Shown in pieces: positions 42,469-51,066 of a stretch of 64,000 nucleotides of DNA. Within the stretch, counting starts at the first letter, position 1, and every line of letters begins with the position of its first letter. The stretch lies in contig WNDX01000002.1 in the NCBI GenBank assembly GCA_009914615.1, positions 18,533 through 82,532 on the forward strand, read 5' to 3'. The notes beneath the pieces are model-generated. The model was not told the DNA's origin. It saw only the letters and a program-made list of their open reading frames with translations, and made no database searches. Source of the DNA: Herbaspirillum frisingense. GTDB lineage: Bacteria; Pseudomonadota; Gammaproteobacteria; Burkholderiales; Burkholderiaceae_D. The position numbers and the translations under genes are program-made.

Positions 42469-43674
42469 ATGAATGCAGCATATGAGAAATTACTGGGCGG
42501 CCGCTCCGGCCTGCTGGGACTGCTGGTGCTGGGCGCGCTGCTGCTGGTGGTGTTCCCGCTGACGATGGACATGTTCCGCCTCAACCTGGTCGGCAAGTAC
42601 CTGTCCTACGCCTTCGTCGCCGTCGGCCTGGTGCTGTGCTGGGGCTACGGCGGCATTCTCAGCCTGGGGCAGGGCGTGTTCTTCGGCCTGGGCGGCTATT
42701 GCATGGCGATGTTCCTGAAGCTGGAAGCGTCCGACCCGATCAGCACCAAGATCCAGTCCACGCCGGGCATTCCCGACTTCATGGACTGGAACCAGATCAC
42801 CGCCTTGCCGGCCATGTGGCAACCCTTCCACAGCTTCGGCTTCACCGTGCTGGCGGTGCTGGCGGTGCCGACGCTGTTGGCCTTCCTGATCGGCCTGGCG
42901 ATGTTCAAGCGGCGCGTGGGCGACGTCTATTTCTCCATCGTCACGCAGGCCATCGCGGCGATCCTGTCGATCCTGATCATCGGCCAGCAAGGCCTGACTG
43001 GCGGCGTCAACGGCATCACCGACCTGAAGACCCTGATGGGCTGGGACATCCGCACCGACAGCGCCAAGCTGATCCTGTACTTCGTCAACGCCGGCCTGCT
43101 GTTTGCCTGCATCCTGTTCGGCCGCTACGTGCTGAGTTCCAAGCTGGGCCGGCTGCTGGTGGCGATGCGCGACAAGGAAGAACGGGTGCGCTTCTCCGGC
43201 TACGACGTGGCCAGCTTCAAGGTGTTCGTGTTCTGCGCGGCGGCCATGTTCTCGGCCATCGGCGGCGCCATGTTCACGCTGCAGGTCGGCTTCATGTCGC
43301 CATCCTTCGTCGGCATCGTGCCCTCCATCGAGATGGTCATCTACGCCGCCGTCGGAGGCCGCATGTCGCTGCTGGGCGCGGTCTACGGCACGCTGCTGGT
43401 GAACTTCGGCAAGACCTATTTTTCCGAGACCTTCCCTGAACTGTGGCTGTTCCTGATGGGCGGCCTGTTCATCGCGGTGGTGATGTACTTCCCCAACGGC
43501 CTGGCAGGTCTCTATCAAAGCCAGGGCAAGCGCCTGATGGCGCGCCTGCGCCGTCAGCCGGCGACGATGGCCGCACCTGAGATTGCCCAGACCAAGGCGC
43601 CGGCGCGGCCGGCCGCTCCCGACACCGCCCGCGACGGCATCGAACCCGGCGCCACCCTGGAGGCCAGCAAATGA
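42469..43674 (+). CDS. urtC: Urea/amide ABC permease
   Basis: WGYGGILSLGQGVFFGLGGY, RFSGY and SIEMVI motifs. Confidence 0.93.
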   Translation: MNAAYEKLLGGRSGLLGLLVLGALLLVVFPLTMDMFRLNLVGKYLSYAFVAVGLVLCWGYGGILSLGQGVFFGLGGYCMAMFLKLEASDPISTKIQSTPGIPDFMDWNQITALPAMWQPFHSFGFTVLAVLAVPTLLAFLIGLAMFKRRVGDVYFSIVTQAIAAILSILIIGQQGLTGGVNGITDLKTLMGWDIRTDSAKLILYFVNAGLLFACILFGRYVLSSKLGRLLVAMRDKEERVRFSGYDVASFKVFVFCAAAMFSAIGGAMFTLQVGFMSPSFVGIVPSIEMVIYAAVGGRMSLLGAVYGTLLVNFGKTYFSETFPELWLFLMGGLFIAVVMYFPNGLAGLYQSQGKRLMARLRRQPATMAAPEIAQTKAPARPAAPDTARDGIEPGATLEASK

Positions 43675-44438
43675 GCGACGCAGCAATCGGATTCGAATCG
43701 GATGCCCATCCGGTCCTGGCGATCGAAGACCTGACGGTGTCCTTCGATGGCTTCAAGGCGGTGGACAAGCTCAACCTGTACGTCCAGCGCAATGAAGTAC
43801 GCGTGGTGATCGGCCCCAACGGCGCCGGCAAGACCACCGTGCTGGACCTGATCTGCGGCAAGACGCGCGCCACCTCGGGCAGCATCCGCTTCAACGACCA
43901 CGAGCTCACCAGGATGAGCGAGCACGCCATCGTGCGGGCCGGGGTGGGGCGCAAGTTCCAGACGCCGTCGATCTACGAAAACCTCAGTGTGTTCGAGAAC
44001 CTGGAAATGTCCTTCCGGCGCGGCCGCAAGGTGTTCGGCGCGCTGACCTTCAAGCGCTCGCCCGACGTGGTGGCGCGGGTCGAGGCGGTGGCGGCGGAGA
44101 TCTTCCTCGACGCCCAGCTGCATACCCAGGCCGATCTGCTGTCGCACGGCCAGAAGCAGTGGCTGGAGATCGGCATGCTGCTGATGCAGGAGCCCGAGCT
44201 GCTGATGCTGGACGAGCCGGTGGCCGGCATGAGCGTCTCCGAGCGCGAGAAGACCGCCCAACTGCTGGGGCGCATCAGCCAGGGGCGTTCGGTGGTGGTG
44301 ATCGAGCACGACATGGATTTCGTCAAGAGCATCGCGCACAAGGTGACCGTGCTGCACCAGGGCAAGATCCTGGCCGAAGGCAGCATGGAGAAGGTGCAGG
44401 CCGATCCCAGGGTGATCGACGTGTACCTGGGCCATTGA
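43671..44438 (+). CDS. urtD: Urea/amide ABC ATPase
   Basis: GPNGAGKTT, RKFQTP, LSHGQKQWLEI and LDEPVAG motifs. Confidence 0.94.
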   Translation: MSDAAIGFESDAHPVLAIEDLTVSFDGFKAVDKLNLYVQRNEVRVVIGPNGAGKTTVLDLICGKTRATSGSIRFNDHELTRMSEHAIVRAGVGRKFQTPSIYENLSVFENLEMSFRRGRKVFGALTFKRSPDVVARVEAVAAEIFLDAQLHTQADLLSHGQKQWLEIGMLLMQEPELLMLDEPVAGMSVSEREKTAQLLGRISQGRSVVVIEHDMDFVKSIAHKVTVLHQGKILAEGSMEKVQADPRVIDVYLGH

Positions 44439-44465
44439 CCACTCATCGATATTGCGGAGCCACTC

Positions 44466-45155
44466 ATGTTCAAGGTATCCCAACTCGCCTCCGGCTACGG
44501 TCAGAGCGCGGTCATCCACGACATCAACCTGTCGGTGGCCAAGGAAGAAATCGTCGCCGTCATGGGGCGCAACGGCATGGGCAAGACCACGCTGTTCAAG
44601 ACCCTGATGGGCATCCTGCCGCTGCGCGAGGGCAGCATCAGTATCGACGGCGTCGAGCTGGGCGGGCTGGAAAGCCATCAGCGCGTGGCGCGCGGCGTGG
44701 CCTACGTGCCGCAGGGTCGCATGATCTTTCCCGGCATGACGGTGCTGGAAAACATCCAGACCGGGCTCGGCCCGCAGGCGCGCGGCAAGGTGCCCGACGA
44801 GCTGTATGCGCTGTTCCCGGTGCTGTACGACATGCGCGGGCGCAAGGGCGGCAATCTGTCGGGCGGCCAGCAGCAGCAACTGGCGATCGCCCGCGCGCTG
44901 GCCACCAATCCGCGCGTGCTGCTGCTGGATGAGCCGACCGAGGGCATCCAGCCTTCCATCATCAAGGACATCGCGCGCAGCCTGAAGGAAATCCGCAAGA
45001 TCCGCCAGCTCACCATCATCGTGTCGGAGCAGGTGCTCAGCTTCACGCTGGAGATCGCCGACCGTTTCCTGGTGATCGACAAGGGTCGCTTCGTGTACGA
45101 AGACACGCGCGACCACGTCGATGCGCCCACCATCAGCAAGTACCTGTCCGTCTAG
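44466..45155 (+). CDS. urtE: Urea/amide ABC ATPase
   Basis: GRNGMGKTT, LSGGQQQQLAI and DEPTEGIQPS motifs. Confidence 0.94.
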   Translation: MFKVSQLASGYGQSAVIHDINLSVAKEEIVAVMGRNGMGKTTLFKTLMGILPLREGSISIDGVELGGLESHQRVARGVAYVPQGRMIFPGMTVLENIQTGLGPQARGKVPDELYALFPVLYDMRGRKGGNLSGGQQQQLAIARALATNPRVLLLDEPTEGIQPSIIKDIARSLKEIRKIRQLTIIVSEQVLSFTLEIADRFLVIDKGRFVYEDTRDHVDAPTISKYLSV

Positions 45156-45182
45156 CGGCGGCATTCGCAAAGGAGCCACATC

Positions 45183-46205
45183 ATGAGGCATGGAGACATA
45201 TCGAGCAGCAAGGACGCGGTCGGCGTGGCCGTGGTCAATTACAAGATGCCGCGCCTGCACACCCGCGGCGAGGTGCTGGACAACGCACGCCGGATCGCCG
45301 CCATGCTGGTCGGCATGAAGCAGGGGCTGCCGGGACTGGACCTGGTGGTGTTTCCTGAATATTCCACCCACGGCATCATGTATGACGAAGCCGAGATGCT
45401 TGAGACCGCCGCCACGGTGCCGGGCGACGAGACCCGCATCTTCTCGGAAGCCTGCCGCATCGCCGGCGTGTGGGGCGTGTTCTCGCTGACCGGCGAGCGC
45501 CACGAGGAGCATCCGCGCAAGGCGCCGTACAACACCCTGATCCTGATCGACGACCAGGGCGAGATCGTGCAGAAGTACCGCAAGATCATGCCGTGGACGC
45601 CGATCGAAGGCTGGTATCCGGGCGACCAGACCTACGTCTGCGACGGCCCCAAGGGCCTGAAGATCAGCCTGATCATCTGCGACGACGGCAACTACCCCGA
45701 GATCTGGCGCGACTGCGCCATGAAGGGGGCCGAGCTGGTGGTGCGCTGCCAGGGTTACATGTACCCGGCCAAGGGGCAGCAGATCCTGGTGGCCAAGGCG
45801 ATGGCGTGGATGAACAACGTCTATGTGGCGGTGGCCAACGCGGCCGGCTTCGACGGCGTCTATTCGTACTTCGGCCACTCGGCCATCGTCGGCTTCGACG
45901 GCCGCACGCTGGGCGAATGCGGCACCGAGGAAATGGGCATCCAGTACGCCGAACTCTCGGTGGGCGCGATCCGCGATGCGCGCCGCAACTGGCAATCGCA
46001 GAACCACCTCTTCAAGCTGCTGCACCGTGGTTACACCGGCAAGATCAATTCGGGCGAATCGCCGGCCGGCGTGGCCGATTGTCCCTTCGATTTCTACAAG
46101 ACCTGGGTCACCGATCCGCAGGGCGCGCGCGCCCGGGTGGAGGCGATCACCCGCAAGAGCGCCGGCACCCCGGAATGCCCGGTGCCGGGCATTCCCACGG
46201 AATAA
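45183..46205 (+). CDS. amiE: Aliphatic amidase (nitrilase superfamily)
   Basis: [27 protein letters not shown]-terminus; catalytic E (FPEYS), K (YRKIMPW) and C (ICDDGNYPE). Confidence 0.95.
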   Translation: MRHGDISSSKDAVGVAVVNYKMPRLHTRGEVLDNARRIAAMLVGMKQGLPGLDLVVFPEYSTHGIMYDEAEMLETAATVPGDETRIFSEACRIAGVWGVFSLTGERHEEHPRKAPYNTLILIDDQGEIVQKYRKIMPWTPIEGWYPGDQTYVCDGPKGLKISLIICDDGNYPEIWRDCAMKGAELVVRCQGYMYPAKGQQILVAKAMAWMNNVYVAVANAAGFDGVYSYFGHSAIVGFDGRTLGECGTEEMGIQYAELSVGAIRDARRNWQSQNHLFKLLHRGYTGKINSGESPAGVADCPFDFYKTWVTDPQGARARVEAITRKSAGTPECPVPGIPTE

Positions 46206-46308
46206 AACGCAACCGGGCGAAACCACGCCGAATCAAGCCGAATCAAGCGCGGCCGCGCACGACACGCTACAGGCAGCACCACCACGCACCCTACCTAAAG
46301 GAGATCGC

Positions 46309-47487
46309 ATGCAACACTTCAAGATCAAGCCCGGCCAACCGCTGGCCGAACAGCCGGAACTGGGGCACAACCGCTGGCATCCGGATCTGCCGTTCCTGTC
46401 CTCGGTGAAGCCGGGCGAATCGATCCTGATCGAATCGCTGGACTTCCTGGATGCCCAGATCAAGGACACCGACGACGTCTCCGACGTCAAGAACGTCGAT
46501 CTGACGCGCGCCCATCCGCTGACCGGCCCGTTCCACGTCGAAGGCGCAGAACCCGGCGACCTGCTGGTGATCGACCTGCTGGACATCAAACCGGTAACGC
46601 CGGTGGGATTCTCCGGCGTGTTCGCCAAGGAAAACGGCGGCGGCTTCCTGGCCGACTACTTCCCCGATGCCGACAAGGCGATCTGGGACCTCAAGGGGCT
46701 GTACGCAACCTCGCGCCACATCCCCGGCGTGCGTATCGCCGGCCTGACGCACCCCGGCCTGATGGGCTGCCTGCCGTCGCATGACCTGCTGGCCGAGTGG
46801 AACCGCCGCGAGGCGCCGCTGGCGGCCAAGGGCCTGGCCAAGCCGCCCGATCCGAGCACCGCCGTGCTGCGCGGCCTGACCGGCGCCAAGTTCGACGAGA
46901 TGGCCAAGACCGCGGCGCGCACCGTGCCGCCGCGCGAGCATGGCGGCAACACCGACATCAAGGATCTGTCGGCCGGCACGCGCATCTTCTTCCCGGTGTA
47001 CGTCAAGGGCGCCGGTTTCTCGATGGGCGACCTGCACTTCTCGCAGGGCGACGGCGAGATCGGCTTCTGCGGCGCCATCGAGATGGACGGCGTGAGCCAC
47101 GTCGGCTTCGACCTGATCAAGGGCGGCATGGCCAAGTACAACATCACCTCGCCGATCTTCATGCCCAGCATCGTCAAGCCGCACTACGAGCAGTGGCTGA
47201 CCTTCGAAGGCATCAGCGTCGAGAACGGCGTCAATTACTATCTGGACGCGACGGTGGCGTACCGCCAGGCTTGCCTGAAGGCGATCGATTACCTGACGCA
47301 CTTCGGCTACACCGGCAGCCAGGCCTACATGCTGCTGACCGCGGCGCCGGTGGAAGGGCGCATCGGCGGCATCGTCGATATCCCGAACTGCGCCTGCACG
47401 GTGGCCTTGCCGACCTCGATCTTCGACCAGGACATCACGCCCAAGGGCATGCTGAACGACAAGTCCTACTGGGGCCGCAAGCCCTAG
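46309..47487 (+). CDS. fmdA: Acetamidase/formamidase (FmdA family)
   Basis: HNRWHPD, HPLTGPF, PPREHGGNTD, GDLHFSQGDGE and YLDATVAY motifs; RBS AAGGAG. Confidence 0.92.
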   Translation: MQHFKIKPGQPLAEQPELGHNRWHPDLPFLSSVKPGESILIESLDFLDAQIKDTDDVSDVKNVDLTRAHPLTGPFHVEGAEPGDLLVIDLLDIKPVTPVGFSGVFAKENGGGFLADYFPDADKAIWDLKGLYATSRHIPGVRIAGLTHPGLMGCLPSHDLLAEWNRREAPLAAKGLAKPPDPSTAVLRGLTGAKFDEMAKTAARTVPPREHGGNTDIKDLSAGTRIFFPVYVKGAGFSMGDLHFSQGDGEIGFCGAIEMDGVSHVGFDLIKGGMAKYNITSPIFMPSIVKPHYEQWLTFEGISVENGVNYYLDATVAYRQACLKAIDYLTHFGYTGSQAYMLLTAAPVEGRIGGIVDIPNCACTVALPTSIFDQDITPKGMLNDKSYWGRKP

Positions 47488-47562
47488 CGACAGTCGGCTG
47501 GCAAGGACGCGGAGCCGGGCGACGCCGGCTCCGCCGCGCGAGACCATTTACCGGAGCAAGAC

Positions 47563-47859
47563 ATGCCCTTATACGATATCCGTTGCAGCCACTGCGAAGG
47601 CATCTTCGAGAAATTCCTGTCGATGCAGGCGTTGCAGGGCGCGGTCGCTTGCCCTTACTGCAAGCAGGACACCGCCGCCGCCCCCATGCTGACCGGCGGG
47701 CGCGTCGGCCTGCAGGTGAAGGAGCGCTGGCGCCCGCGCAACGGCGCCGAGCAACTGGCCGGGCAGGGCGCCGCCGGCCCCGGCGCCCATGCGGGAGCGG
47801 GGCGCAGTAGCGTGCTGCACAACTGCAAGGGACATAGCTGCAGCATCTGCGCGACCTGA
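47563..47859 (+). CDS. fmdB: FmdB-family zinc-ribbon protein
   Basis: MPLYDIRCSHC...CPYC; extra C-terminal HNCKGHSCSIC. Confidence 0.85.
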   Translation: MPLYDIRCSHCEGIFEKFLSMQALQGAVACPYCKQDTAAAPMLTGGRVGLQVKERWRPRNGAEQLAGQGAAGPGAHAGAGRSSVLHNCKGHSCSICAT

Positions 47860-47889
47860 GTCCGCGATTTCGTCGCGGGCAATCCTGCA

Positions 47890-47943
47890 TTGCGCCGCGC
47901 GCAACTGTTTCAGCCAGCGCAGGTACCAGGGCGCGACTATACT
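47890..47943 (+). promoter_or_regulatory. LysR-type box and -10 box of a probably leaderless LysR gene
   Basis: TTGC-N7-GCAA (T-N11-A) at 47890-47904; TATACT at 47938-47943, 6 nt before ATG; no RBS. Confidence 0.4.
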
Positions 47944-47949
47944 GTCGCC

Positions 47950-48858
47950 ATGAGATTGCCGGACCTGAACCTGCTGATCGCCTTCGACGTCCTGCTGGAG
48001 GAAGGCAGCGCCACGGCTGCGGCGCGCCGTCTCAACATCAGCGCGCCGGCCATGAGCCGCACGCTCAATCGCATCCGCGACGCCTTCGGCGACCCGGTGC
48101 TGGTGCGTTCCGGGCGCGGCCTGGCGCCCACGCCGCGCGCGCTGGAGCTGCGTGAGCAGGTGCGCGCCCTGATCGAACAGGCGCACCTGGTGTTCACCGC
48201 CGGGCGCGAGGTCGATCTGATGCAACTGGAGCGCACCTTCAACCTGCGCGCCAATGACGTCTTTGTCGGCACCTTCGGCAGCCGCCTGCGCCAGTTGCTC
48301 GACCGCCATGCGCCGCGCACGGTGCTGCGCTTCGTTTCCGAGGGCGATGTCGATGACCGCGCGATGGAAGAAGGGCGCATCGACCTGTACATCAGCGGCA
48401 GCCGCAACTTCAGCCCGGACACCAAGACCCAGAGCCTGTTCCGCACTGGCTTCGTCGGGCTGGCGCGGGCCGATCATCCGCTCTTCGACGCGCCCATCGA
48501 TGCCGAGCGCTTCGTCGCGCACGCCCACATCAGCGTTTCGCGTCGCGGCCGCGCCAGCGGCCCGATCGACGATGCACTGGCCCGGCAAGGCCTGGCGCGC
48601 CGCGTCACGCTGGTGACGCCCAACTTTCACTCGGCCATCTTCGCCCTGGCGGGCTCGGACCTGATCCTGCCGCTGATGCCGACCAGCATGCTGGACAGCG
48701 TGCGCGCACTCGGCCTGACGCTGCGCGATTTCACGCTGCCGGTGGCGCTGGAACCGGTCAACATCGTCCAGGCCTGGCATCCGCGGCTGGACAACGACGA
48801 CGCCCATCGCTGGCTGCGACGCTTGCTGAAGCAGGCTTGCAGTACGGCCGCGGCCTGA
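47950..48858 (+). CDS. LysR-family transcriptional regulator
   Basis: PDLNLLIAFDVLLEEGSATAAARRLNISAPAMSRTLNRIR HTH. Confidence 0.95.
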   Translation: MRLPDLNLLIAFDVLLEEGSATAAARRLNISAPAMSRTLNRIRDAFGDPVLVRSGRGLAPTPRALELREQVRALIEQAHLVFTAGREVDLMQLERTFNLRANDVFVGTFGSRLRQLLDRHAPRTVLRFVSEGDVDDRAMEEGRIDLYISGSRNFSPDTKTQSLFRTGFVGLARADHPLFDAPIDAERFVAHAHISVSRRGRASGPIDDALARQGLARRVTLVTPNFHSAIFALAGSDLILPLMPTSMLDSVRALGLTLRDFTLPVALEPVNIVQAWHPRLDNDDAHRWLRRLLKQACSTAAA

Positions 48859-49082
48859 CGCGGCGCTTTCCCTTTCCGCTTTCTTTCTTGCGCGCCACCT
48901 GGCCGGCGCGCCTCGTCGCGCCTGCATGGCGTACTCTTCCACTTGGCGTAATCCTCGATTAGCCAATGATCAATTTTCGCAAGGGATGGAGATTTCTATA
49001 CTGACCTCATCCTTCGTTACCGGAATTCGATCATGTCTTTCCTGCTTGCTTACCCTCCCGCCAGGCTACGCCGGAGCGCGCC

Positions 49083-49421
49083 GTGAACGCCATCGCGCCC
49101 GCGCTGGCCACCGCTGCACGCACCGCCGCACCGGCGCAGCCGGCATTTGGCCTGCGCATCATGACCGGCCTGGCCGGCGTGCTGCTGGCCGTGCTGATCG
49201 CCGGCCTCAACGAGAACGTCACCAAGATGGCCCTGGCCGATATCCGCGGCGCCATGGGCATCGGGCGCGACGAGGGTAGCTGGATGATCAGCCTGTATGC
49301 CGCCACCTCGGTCAGCGCGATGGCGGTCTCGCTGGCGCGCGTCCACCTTTATCGCTCCCTGGGCGGCGGCTGGCGGGATGCGCCGCGCCAGGTTCATCAT
49401 CAGAAAGGAGAGCAGGGATGA
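49083..49421 (+). pseudogene. In-frame chimera of a DHA2/EmrB-type MFS N-terminus and an outer-membrane-factor C-terminus (deletion scar)
   Basis: aa 1-81 read as MFS TM1-2 (GVLLAVLIAGLNENVTKMALADIRG...SWMISLYAATSVSAMA), then LYRSLGGGW, the OprM/NodT terminal motif. Confidence 0.7.
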
Positions 49422-49822
49422 CACTACTTCAAGACGATTTCCCGTTGCACGACCTGAGCGGCTTTCCGCTGCTGCGTTTTCGCGGCGAGCGGGCGCTGCC
49501 GGGCTATGCACCGCAATGGGCACGCGAGATGGAGGCCTTGCTGAATCATGGCCAGGCCTTCGCCGTGCTGTTCGAACAGCCGCGCGGGGAAGAGGATCAC
49601 GAAGACCGGCGCTTGCGTGCGATCTGGCTCAAGTGCAACAAGGAACGGTTGATGCGCCATTGCCGCGGCCTGGCCAGCGTCGAGCCGGACGCGCAACGCC
49701 GGGAGGCGCTGCAAGCGATGAGTGAAGGCGCCGCGCGCGCCTTCGGCGTGCCGCAACTGGTAGCAGCGTCGCGGGAAGAGGCGGAGCAGGGATTGCGGCG
49801 CTGGCTGGCTTCGACGGCCTAG
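49418..49822 (+). CDS. Hypothetical protein (134 aa, alpha/beta)
   Basis: ATGA overlap with the preceding stop; RBS AAAGGAG; plausible globular sequence. Confidence 0.7.
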   Translation: MTLLQDDFPLHDLSGFPLLRFRGERALPGYAPQWAREMEALLNHGQAFAVLFEQPRGEEDHEDRRLRAIWLKCNKERLMRHCRGLASVEPDAQRREALQAMSEGAARAFGVPQLVAASREEAEQGLRRWLASTA

Positions 49823-50049
49823 CGCCAGCGCGCCGCCGCAAGCGCCAGGCAGACGATGCAGGCCAGGCCGAACAGCGCGATCAGTTCGACATCGGGCAGA
49901 TGGCGCCAGCCGGTCTTGCGCAGCCGGCCCAGGTCGGGATAGCGGCCCAGCGTCAGCACCTTGAGCGCCAGGCAGCCGATCAGGCAGAACAGGCCTTGGA
50001 TCAATAGCCATCTGGCGAGCCCGCCGGCCAGTCCGATCAGTGCGTCCAT
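49819..50049 (-). CDS. Small 2-TM membrane protein (76 aa)
   Basis: Two hydrophobic segments around LTLGRYP; RBS GGAG; lies directly downstream of the HDOD gene. Confidence 0.6.
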   Translation of the reverse strand: MDALIGLAGGLARWLLIQGLFCLIGCLALKVLTLGRYPDLGRLRKTGWRHLPDVELIALFGLACIVCLALAAARWR

Positions 50050-50063
50050 GCGGTGCTCCAGTG

Positions 50064-50936
50064 TTATTCCAGCATGGCGTCCAGCCCGGCCGACAATTCC
50101 TTGAGCGCGGGTATGGCGTGCTCGGCCTTGTCGGGCGCATGCTTGACCAGCAGTGGCGCCCATGCCGGATCCACGCCCAGCTTCTTGCCCACTTGCACGG
50201 GATAGCAGGCGCGCGCGGCCTCGTCGTCGAGTTTCAGGACTTCCACCCGCGCCGCCCAGGCGCCCAGATGCACCCAGCCGGCGGCGCGGTCCAGCTTGCC
50301 CGAGCCCAGCGGGGTCGGCACGTCGCGCAGCGCCGAGGCGAGCGCGTCGGGGAAATTCCAGATCTTGGCCAGTTCGGCGGAGACGTCGGCGTAATGGAAG
50401 CCCCAGGCTTCTTTTTCCTTGTCGGCGCGGGCGGCGTCGAGCACATTGATCTGCTTGTCCAGCGGCGCCACGTCGGCCGCGGCCACCGCGTGCAATTGCA
50501 ACTGGCCGATGCCGTGCATCATGCCGACCGTGAACACGGCGTCGCCGTTGTCTTCGCCGTGGATGCCGGCATGCATGGCCAGCCAGCGCGCGGCCACCGC
50601 GGTGTAGAGGTTGTGGCGCCAGAACTGCGGCAGGTCCATGCCCTTGGTGTTCTTGAAGGCGGCCACCATGCCGTTGCCCAGCACCAGGTTGCGTACCATC
50701 ACGAAGCCCAGCATGCGCAAGGCGTCGTCCACCGTGCCGACGGTGCGCGAGGCGTGGAAGAAAGCGGAATTGGCCGGCCGCAGCAGCTTGGCGGAGAGCG
50801 CCGGATCGGCGGCGATCTGGCGCGCGATGTCGGCGGAGGAGACGTCTTCGGAATTGAAGCTGGCGATCAGTTGCTGAACCACCTTGGGGACTGTCGGCAA
50901 CTTGCCGGGCTGGTCAACCAGGCTGTGGAGCTTCAT
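50064..50936 (-). CDS. HDOD-domain protein
   Basis: LPTVPKVV, IAADPALSAKLL, FWRHN, GMMHGIGQL and WNFP motifs. Confidence 0.92.
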   Translation of the reverse strand: MKLHSLVDQPGKLPTVPKVVQQLIASFNSEDVSSADIARQIAADPALSAKLLRPANSAFFHASRTVGTVDDALRMLGFVMVRNLVLGNGMVAAFKNTKGMDLPQFWRHNLYTAVAARWLAMHAGIHGEDNGDAVFTVGMMHGIGQLQLHAVAAADVAPLDKQINVLDAARADKEKEAWGFHYADVSAELAKIWNFPDALASALRDVPTPLGSGKLDRAAGWVHLGAWAARVEVLKLDDEAARACYPVQVGKKLGVDPAWAPLLVKHAPDKAEHAIPALKELSAGLDAMLE

Positions 50937-51066
50937 GAAGATTCCCTCCGTGCAATTGTTTTGTCATCAATACCGGGAAATGCGGTTCCATTGTCTCAGA
51001 GATCGTGCGATTTGCCGCCTTCTTTCTCCGTATCATGGAGCTGACCAACTACCTGGGAGCAGACCC

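Noticed and set aside
50775-50777. Pro (CCG) where HDOD proteins usually have Leu in LLR-L-ANS
   Set aside because: A single-base difference that could be natural variation or a sequencing error; it cannot be judged without reads or orthologues.
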